Assembly: GCA_035368605.1 (NCBI GenBank)
Contig: DAOSLF010000001.1
Span: 22,877 to 86,876 of the forward strand
Reading direction: 5' to 3'
DNA: 64,000 bases
Source of the DNA: Candidatus Omnitrophota bacterium
GTDB lineage: Bacteria > Omnitrophota > Omnitrophia > Omnitrophales > Aquincolibacteriaceae
Shown here: piece by piece, positions 58,139 to 64,000 of the stretch
Layout of the letters: every line of letters starts with the position of its first letter
How positions within the stretch are numbered: position 1 is the stretch's first letter
Position numbers and translations under genes: made by a program
Notes under the pieces: model-generated
The model's input: only the letters and a program-made list of their open reading frames with translations
What the model was told of the DNA's origin: nothing
Databases searched by the model: none

Positions 58139-59425
58139 TCATTTTAGTCTTAACTGTTTGACTGTGAAGTACGTGATCGTGAAGATCCCGGCTTCGATGA
58201 TGACGGTTGCGATGGCGGCTCCGGCATAGGAAAAAGAATAGATCAAGAGAAAGATCAACGGGAGACCCACCATCGCCATGACGATGTGGATTCTGGAGTA
58301 AATGGAGGTCTTGCCGCAGATCAGCAGGAACTGGATCCGGAAGGCGTTTGCGCCGACGATAAAGACCGCGCAAAGAAGGATCCGGAGGGTCAGGACGGCC
58401 TGGGGTGAATCGCCGCCGCAGATGATGCGGACGATCGGCCCGGCGAAGAGGAAGATCAGCGGAAGACAGATCAGGGAGATCGAGACCGTGATCTGCTGGA
58501 TTTTTCTCATGAATTCATAGGCGCGCCGCTGGTTTTTCTGGAAGATCTTGCTGAGCCTCGGGAAGAGTGCCTGTGAAAACGATGAGAGCGGGAACTGCTG
58601 GCAGAACCCGGCGATCCTTTCCGCGATCGAATAATATCCCGTGAGGGTGTTGTTCGTGAGAAGCCCGACCGTGAACACGCGCGTGGTCGTATAGGCGTTG
58701 ATCGCGACGTTGGATATGAAAATGTCCCAACCCGCCTTCATCTGCTGCTGCATGGAGGTGTAGCCCGGGAACCGGAAGGAGATTCCGAGTTTCGTAAAGC
58801 CGATGAAGAGGGCCCAAAGGCCCGTCATGATAGAGACAACGGAATAGACGAGCGGTACTATGAGGTAGTCGGACGGGCTCTTGACAAACATGAACACGAA
58901 AAGCGCGAAAAGGACTCCGCCGAGGATGTTGAGATCCGCGATGTGCTTCATTTTCTCGGTTCCCTGGAACAGCCACACTGGGAAAATCGTGTTTCCGATG
59001 ACCGCTCCGAAACTGAAAAGGTAGACCATCCAGTCCGCGCGGAAGCGCGGGACCAGGTAGACAATGGCGCCCAGGATCATCAGGCTCAACGCGGCCAGGA
59101 CGATCTTGGCCGTTATAACCGCGGAAAAGATTTCGCTGATCCTGGCGCGGCGATCCTGGTAGAGAGAGATCTCCCTGGTGGCCGAGATGCCGAATCCGTA
59201 GTCGGTCAGGATCATGAAATACTGGATGAAGGACTGCGCGAAAGCGATCAGGCCGAACTTGTCAGGACCGATGACCCGGAACAGGTAAGGGATGATGATG
59301 ACCGGAAGGATGTACGTGATCGCTTGAAGGATCGAAAGCGAGGCGAAATTCTCAAGCACGGTCCGGCGTTCGTGCCGGCCGGCCATGCGATAAGTTTTTT
59401 TGATCTGTCCGATGAGGGAGCGCAT
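58139..59425 (-). CDS. Wzx-like polysaccharide flippase (MOP/PST family)
   Basis: Start MRSLIGQIKKTYRMAGRHERRTVLENFASLSILQAITYILP (rc of cat at 59423-59425). 12-14 TM helices. The long track ORF N-extension was rejected. Confidence 0.7.
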   Translation of the reverse strand: MRSLIGQIKKTYRMAGRHERRTVLENFASLSILQAITYILPVIIIPYLFRVIGPDKFGLIAFAQSFIQYFMILTDYGFGISATREISLYQDRRARISEIFSAVITAKIVLAALSLMILGAIVYLVPRFRADWMVYLFSFGAVIGNTIFPVWLFQGTEKMKHIADLNILGGVLFALFVFMFVKSPSDYLIVPLVYSVVSIMTGLWALFIGFTKLGISFRFPGYTSMQQQMKAGWDIFISNVAINAYTTTRVFTVGLLTNNTLTGYYSIAERIAGFCQQFPLSSFSQALFPRLSKIFQKNQRRAYEFMRKIQQITVSISLICLPLIFLFAGPIVRIICGGDSPQAVLTLRILLCAVFIVGANAFRIQFLLICGKTSIYSRIHIVMAMVGLPLIFLLIYSFSYAGAAIATVIIEAGIFTITYFTVKQLRLK

Positions 59426-59473
59426 GGCGTGTAATCTATCTGTTTCGAGGGTATAAAACAAGGATGCCGAGTG

Positions 59474-59482
59474 TGCTATACT
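59474..59482 (+). promoter_or_regulatory. extended -10 TGcTATACT 6 nt upstream of the GH1 ATG (leaderless geometry)
   Basis: GTGCTATACTTCCGGC-ATG. Same motif and spacing as at 22330. Confidence 0.5.
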
Positions 59483-59488
59483 TCCGGC

Positions 59489-60712
59489 ATGAAAAAATTT
59501 CCGGACGGATTCCTGTGGGGCGCGGCGACGGCCGCTCATCAGGTGGAGGGGGGCAACATCGGTTCCGACTGGTGGGAGTGGGAACAGACACGGGGGAGGG
59601 AGCGGTCCGGCGATGCGTGTCGTCATTATGAGTTGTATGAGCGGGATTTTGATCTTGCGAGAAGCCTCCACCACAACGCCCATCGCCTTTCGGTTGAGTG
59701 GGCCCGCGTCGAGCCTCAAGAGGGAAGATTCAGTGACGATGCCCTGAAACATTACGCGGAGGTCGTGCTTGCCCTCAAAGACCGGGGCATTGAGCCGGTC
59801 GTGACCTTGCATCATTTCACAAACCCTCTCTGGTTCGCGCGGGACGGCGGCTGGGAAGATCGACGCGCCCCCGGGAGATTTCTCCGGTACTGTGACGCTG
59901 TGGTGAGGATTCTCGGCAAGCATGTCCGGTACTGGATTACGATCAACGAGCCGACGATCTATGTCTCTCACTCGTTTCTCTTTGGCGTTTGGCCTCCTCA
60001 AGCCAGGTCGCTTTGGAGGATGTGGCGGGTCAGCCGGAACATGGTTCGCGCGCATGTTGCGGTTTTTCGCATGATCCATCAGGTCTGCAGAGATTTTGGC
60101 CTCCGGGAGCCTGCCGTCAGCATCGCCCAGCACATGACGGCGCTGGTACCGTGCGGGAGCGGTCTGAGATGCCGATTCGCGTCCTGGCTCCGGCACAAGA
60201 TTTTCAACGAAAGTTTTGTGGATGCCCTGGTCCGCCGCCGCGCCCTTGATTTTATCGGATTGAATTATTATTCACGGCAGCTTGTGGAGCCTTCGAATTG
60301 GGGGATCCGCAGCCTGCTTTCCGATGTGTGCCGGGAGAACCACCGGCCTGTTCCCAAAAATTCCGTCGGTTGGGACATCTATCCCGAAGGGCTGTACGAA
60401 TTGCTTCTGAAACTCAAAAAATATGATCTGCCCGTCATGATCGCCGAGAACGGAATCTGTGCTGAGGAAGACGCTTCGCGCTGGATTTTTATCCGGGATC
60501 ATCTGCGGAGCGTGAGCCGCGCGATCGGAGCGGGTGTTCCCGTCACAGGCTATCTCTACTGGTCGCTCCTTGATAACTTTGAATGGGAAAAGGGGTTTGG
60601 ACCCAGGTTCGGGCTTGTTGAAATGAACTATCGGACTTTTGAGCGAAAGGTTCGTCCGAGTTCTCTCAAATACGCCGAAGTCTGCAGGACCGGCGTTCTC
60701 TCCGCTGAATAA
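59489..60712 (+). CDS. glycoside hydrolase family 1 beta-glucosidase
   Basis: MKKFPDGFLWGAATAAHQVEG. Acid/base ITINEP. Nucleophile MIAENGI. Confidence 0.9.
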   Translation: MKKFPDGFLWGAATAAHQVEGGNIGSDWWEWEQTRGRERSGDACRHYELYERDFDLARSLHHNAHRLSVEWARVEPQEGRFSDDALKHYAEVVLALKDRGIEPVVTLHHFTNPLWFARDGGWEDRRAPGRFLRYCDAVVRILGKHVRYWITINEPTIYVSHSFLFGVWPPQARSLWRMWRVSRNMVRAHVAVFRMIHQVCRDFGLREPAVSIAQHMTALVPCGSGLRCRFASWLRHKIFNESFVDALVRRRALDFIGLNYYSRQLVEPSNWGIRSLLSDVCRENHRPVPKNSVGWDIYPEGLYELLLKLKKYDLPVMIAENGICAEEDASRWIFIRDHLRSVSRAIGAGVPVTGYLYWSLLDNFEWEKGFGPRFGLVEMNYRTFERKVRPSSLKYAEVCRTGVLSAE

Positions 60713-60824
60713 TTGAGCACGGTTGTCATTTGAGCAGTTTGAGGTTGCCCGCGAAATGCGAATTCTGCAATAAAAAAATGCGAAATAAACATTGACTTGT
60801 GGTCCTGGAGAATTAAGATGAGTC

Positions 60825-61505
60825 ATGGTCAAAGGCATTAAGAGCTGGCCGGAAAGCGAGCGGCCGCGTGAAAAGCTGTTAAAAAAGGGGAGCGATGCGT
60901 TGTCGGACGCGGAACTCCTGGCGGTACTCTTTTGTCATGGTATTCGGGGGCTCGATGCGGTCAGCTTTTCCAGGGTGCTTCTGGCGGAAGCGGGAGGCCT
61001 TCGGGGGCTCTTGAACCGCCCTCATGAATGGGCCGGAAAATTGAAAGGTCTGGGAAAGGCCAAGATCGCCATGCTCGCTGCAGTCCGCGAGTTGGGTGTG
61101 CGGCATCTCCGGGAAAAAATGACCGGGCAGAATTTCATCCGGAGCCCGCAGGCGGTCGCGGATTATCTTTATGCCGCGCTGCGTGACAGGAAACGGGAGG
61201 TTTTCAAGGTTCTCTTTCTCGACAAGTCGCTCCGCATTCTCGGAGAGCGGGACCTCTTTATAGGGACGGTTGATGAGGCGGCCGTGCATCCCCGCGAGAT
61301 CGTGAAGGCCGCGCTGGAATTCCACGCGTCCAATATCGTGCTCGTGCACAATCACCCCTCGGGGAAAACGGAGCCGAGCCGGGAGGATTACGAGATCACA
61401 CAGAAGATCAAAGCCGCCTGCCAGACGGTCTCGGTGCGGGTGTTGGACCATATCATCGTCGGTGAGAATCAGCACTTCAGCTTTTCCGAGCGCAATGTTT
61501 TATAA
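60825..61505 (+). CDS. radC: RadC-like JAB/MPN domain protein
   Basis: HNHPSGKTEPSREDYEITQKI (JAMM-like HxHPxG motif). N-terminal HhH-like region. Confidence 0.8.
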   Translation: MVKGIKSWPESERPREKLLKKGSDALSDAELLAVLFCHGIRGLDAVSFSRVLLAEAGGLRGLLNRPHEWAGKLKGLGKAKIAMLAAVRELGVRHLREKMTGQNFIRSPQAVADYLYAALRDRKREVFKVLFLDKSLRILGERDLFIGTVDEAAVHPREIVKAALEFHASNIVLVHNHPSGKTEPSREDYEITQKIKAACQTVSVRVLDHIIVGENQHFSFSERNVL

Positions 61506-61513
61506 AAAAATAC

Positions 61514-62260
61514 GGGGTCAGACACCATTTCCCTGTAATGGTGTCTGACCCCATTCGTTGGAGGCTATTATGGCGAGGCCGAATCGCGGATTTATTGACG
61601 GGGGGATTTACCACATTTTGAATCGTGGCAACGGAAGGCAACCGGTTTTCCTCAGCGAGGGGGATTATCGGGCCTTTATAGATGTGCTTCAGGAATCCAA
61701 AAGAAAATTTTCGGTCGCGTTGTATGCTTATTCGATCATGCCGAATCACTTTCATTTTGTGGCGGAGTGCTCAAGCGCGAAAACTTATAGCCCCTGGTTG
61801 CAGTGGCTGACGACAACTCATGCTCGGCGTTATCACAAGTATTACGGAGGGAGCGGCCACGTCTGGCAAGGGAGATTTAAAAGCTTTTTGATAGGATCAG
61901 ATGAATATTTCCTGACAGTGCTGCGTTACGTCGAATCGAATCCGCTTCGGGCGGGTCTGGTCTGTTCTGCGGATCTTTGGCCCTGGTCTTCATTCAGGCA
62001 AAGGGATGGTTTTGATGACAATAAATGGATTGATGAGCCGCCTGTTCCATTACCCCAGGGTTGGAGCGATTGGGTGAATCGCCCAATCGGGGAGCCGGAG
62101 CTAATTGCCCTCCGTGCAAGTGTTAACCGTCAGGCGCCTTACGGCCCGAAACTGTGGCAAATAGAGATGTGCAAGAGGCTAAAAATGGAGTCAGTGTTAA
62201 AGCCATTGGGACGGCCGAAACGGGGTCAGACACCGTAATAGGGAAATGGTGACTGACCCC
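61514..62260 (+). mobile_element. IS200/IS605-family or REP-associated (RAYT-like) Y1 transposase element bounded by inverted 39-bp palindromic hairpins
   Basis: Left GGGGTCAGACACCATTTCCCTGTAATGGTGTCTGACCCC (61514-61552). Right GGGGTCAGACACCGTAATAGGGAAATGGTGACTGACCCC (62222-62260). The loops are reverse complements of each other. The element sits between the convergent radC and HAD genes. Confidence 0.75.
61570..62238 (+). CDS. tnpA: Y1 (HUH) transposase, IS200-like/RAYT
   Basis: GGAGG RBS. GIYHILNRGN and MPNHFHFV (HUH motif) plus YVESNPLRAGLV (catalytic Tyr region). The last codons RGQTP-stop are encoded by the right-end hairpin. Confidence 0.8.
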   Translation: MARPNRGFIDGGIYHILNRGNGRQPVFLSEGDYRAFIDVLQESKRKFSVALYAYSIMPNHFHFVAECSSAKTYSPWLQWLTTTHARRYHKYYGGSGHVWQGRFKSFLIGSDEYFLTVLRYVESNPLRAGLVCSADLWPWSSFRQRDGFDDNKWIDEPPVPLPQGWSDWVNRPIGEPELIALRASVNRQAPYGPKLWQIEMCKRLKMESVLKPLGRPKRGQTP

Positions 62261-62261
62261 A

Positions 62262-62948
62262 TTATTTGAGGCAGGCCAGAAACGCGGGGATATCGGTGAG
62301 GTCCTTCAGGATATGGTCGGGTCGGTTTTGGGAGAAGTGCTCACGGGAACGTCCGTTCGTGAGTACCGCGATGCTTCGTAGCCCCGCCGCATTGGCTGCC
62401 GCAATGTCGTATTCGGTGTCGCCGATAACGAAAGTCCGGGAGCGCTCGAATTTCCTGCCGGCAACCTTTTCGGAATGCGCGATCCCTGCCATGAGAATCT
62501 TCCGGCGCTCCCTTGAATCCATCCCGAATCCGCCTGCTCTGAAATAACGCTCGATCCCGCCTCGCGCGAGCTTCATGCGTCCCGCGCCTTCAAAATTTCC
62601 CGTAGCGAGGGCCAGAAAGATATCTTCGCGCGCGGAGAGATGTTCGAGCAGGGGAATGACGCCCGGCATGAGTCTGAACCGGACCGCCTGGTTAATATAT
62701 TTTCCGAAAAGCAGCTCGTAGCGACGCATGAGGGTGTCGAATTCATCCGCAGAAAGCAATCGCCCGATCTCCCGGAGCGCGATTTCGTCGAAGATCGCGG
62801 CATCTGTCCGTCCGTGAGGATCGAGATCCTTCCAGCAACCGGATATCCCGAAGATTGCTTCAAACGCTTCTTCAAGCGCAATCTTCCCGACGCCTTCCGC
62901 CAGCAGCAGGGTCCCGTCTATGTCGAATAAAAGAAGTTTTTGCAGCAT
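62262..62948 (-). CDS. HAD-superfamily hydrolase (phosphoglycolate-phosphatase-like)
   Basis: LLFDIDGTLL (motif I) and VIGDTEYDIAAA (motif IV). The stop lies 2 nt from the IS hairpin. Confidence 0.75.
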   Translation of the reverse strand: MLQKLLLFDIDGTLLLAEGVGKIALEEAFEAIFGISGCWKDLDPHGRTDAAIFDEIALREIGRLLSADEFDTLMRRYELLFGKYINQAVRFRLMPGVIPLLEHLSAREDIFLALATGNFEGAGRMKLARGGIERYFRAGGFGMDSRERRKILMAGIAHSEKVAGRKFERSRTFVIGDTEYDIAAANAAGLRSIAVLTNGRSREHFSQNRPDHILKDLTDIPAFLACLK

Positions 62949-63191
62949 CCGGGATTTTAGCATAAATATCCAATGTTCGTTATGTTGACATGGGCATTCA
63001 AAAGTTTTTCTTGTGAAGATGATGGCGGTCGAGGCGTTGCTTGGCCGGAGGACCGATGATGGTCTTTACCCTTTGTGGGAGCACGGTTTTTTTGCGAGAT
63101 TCCGGCGCCTTTACTCTAGCGATCTGTCCGAAGCCGTGCTTCCCGTATATGCGCATCGGTAAAAGCGCTTTCAGGTTCTCTCCCGTTCGGC

Positions 63192-63197
63192 TATACT
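63192..63197 (+). promoter_or_regulatory. -10-like TATACT within the recurring GCTATACTTTCCG motif upstream of mutS
   Basis: Third copy of the TATACTT(T)CCG element. TTTCAG sits 17 nt upstream as a weak -35. Confidence 0.35.
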
Positions 63198-63234
63198 TTC
63201 CGCGATACTAACGAGACATTTCAGGAGTTATCCG

Positions 63235-64000
63235 TTGACGCAGTCGAATCTTCCGAACCTGGACGCCCCGGTCAGGCTGACGCCCATGATGGAACAGTAC
63301 CGTTCCATCAAGAAGACGTTATCCGCTGACACGGTCCTTTTCTTCCGCCTTGGGGATTTCTATGAGATGTTTTTCGAGGATGCCGTGCGCGCATCGGATA
63401 TCCTGAATATCACCCTCACGGGGCGCGAGGGGGGAGAGGCCGGCCGTATTCCGATGTGCGGAATCCCGCATCACGCTTTTCAGGGGTATGTCCGGACGCT
63501 GCTCGATCATAATCTCAAGGTCGCGATCTGCGAACAGGTCGGGGATCCCGAACAGGCCAAGGGACTTGTCGAACGGAAGATCACCCGCATCATCACGCCC
63601 GCGACCTATCTCGATGACGAAACCCCCGAGCAGAATCTCCAGTACATGGTCTCGATCCTGGAGAATCAAGGGATCGCGGTCCTTGCCTATCTTGAACTGA
63701 GCACGGGGGAATTCCATGTCCGCGAGATCACGTCCGAGCGTCTCATGGACGAACTGACGCTTCTTTGGCCCAGGGAAGTGGTGATCCCCCGGTCGCTTGA
63801 AACGCGGGAGGAACTCAAGAACTTCATCAAGGAAACCCTTCAGGCGACGCTGACTGTCTATGAGGACTGGATTTTCGAGTATGAGGATTCAGCGAGATTG
63901 CTCATGGAGGTCTTCAAGTTCGGATCCCCGAAGAGCATTTCGTTCCACGATCACCGTCTTGCGGTCGGCGCGAGCGGCGCGATCCTTTATTACCTCAAGG
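63235..64000 (+). CDS. mutS: DNA mismatch repair protein MutS, N-terminal part (continues past window end)
   Basis: TPMMEQYRSIKK...LFFRLGDFYEMFFEDA matches the MutS domain I. TTG start at 63235 is preceded by AGGAG at 8-nt spacing. ATG 63286 is an alternative start. Confidence 0.85.
   Translation, partial: MTQSNLPNLDAPVRLTPMMEQYRSIKKTLSADTVLFFRLGDFYEMFFEDAVRASDILNITLTGREGGEAGRIPMCGIPHHAFQGYVRTLLDHNLKVAICEQVGDPEQAKGLVERKITRIITPATYLDDETPEQNLQYMVSILENQGIAVLAYLELSTGEFHVREITSERLMDELTLLWPREVVIPRSLETREELKNFIKETLQATLTVYEDWIFEYEDSARLLMEVFKFGSPKSISFHDHRLAVGASGAILYYLK

Noticed and set aside
60791-60820. Sigma70 promoter TTGACT ... TAAGAT upstream of radC
   Set aside because: Spacer of only 14-15 nt. 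Not convincing.
1-64000. CRISPR arrays, rRNA genes or additional tRNAs
   Set aside because: No regularly spaced direct repeats. No rRNA-like or further cloverleaf sequences were recognised in the intergenic regions inspected.

Overview
High-GC (roughly 60%) bacterial chromosomal segment, densely packed with genes mostly on the + strand. The organism is probably diderm: lnt, lolDE, mlaEFD, secA and asmA-like genes are present. Housekeeping content includes prfB with its programmed +1 frameshift, secA, lnt, efp, lysS, lolE/lolD, ilvE, mcsA-mcsB-clpC, mlaEFD, yacL-ispDF, cysS-tmk-holB-metG-tatD, mtnA, thiL, tsaE and the mutS N-terminus. Three accessory regions stand out. (1) 2.2-12.3 kb: a tRNA-His followed by an operon encoding an STT3/AglB/PglB-type oligosaccharyltransferase (WWDFG, TIxE and DPY motifs), a Dpm1-like polyprenyl-phosphate glycosyltransferase, GT2/GT9/GT4 glycosyltransferases and a Wzx-like flippase. 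Together these look like a putative N-linked protein glycosylation locus. (2) 21.5-31.8 kb: a compact type-II FAS/PKS-like lipid biosynthetic cluster. It has a FabL/FabG-like SDR, a B12-binding radical SAM enzyme, a SAM methyltransferase, an active hot-dog dehydratase paired with a His-less partner, an ACP with a C-terminal extension, a dedicated AcpS, a heterodimer-type KS pair in which the first KS has lost all three catalytic residues (CLF-like), a stand-alone thioester reductase and a convergent membrane GT2. The product is not obvious. It resembles aryl-polyene-type and radical-SAM-containing lipid clusters but is not identical to any I recognise. (3) 61.5-62.3 kb: a small IS200/RAYT-like Y1 transposase flanked by inverted 39-bp palindromic hairpins. 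Other observations: a serine-palmitoyltransferase-like enzyme plus SDR operon at the window start (possible sphingoid base synthesis); a dispersed CCGGGGATTCG hairpin repeat family at consecutive gene ends between 10.6 and 17.3 kb; a recurring TATACTTCCG -10-like promoter element, twice as an extended TGnTATACT placed to give leaderless mRNAs; and a DUF4139-like secreted protein inserted between mcsB and clpC.
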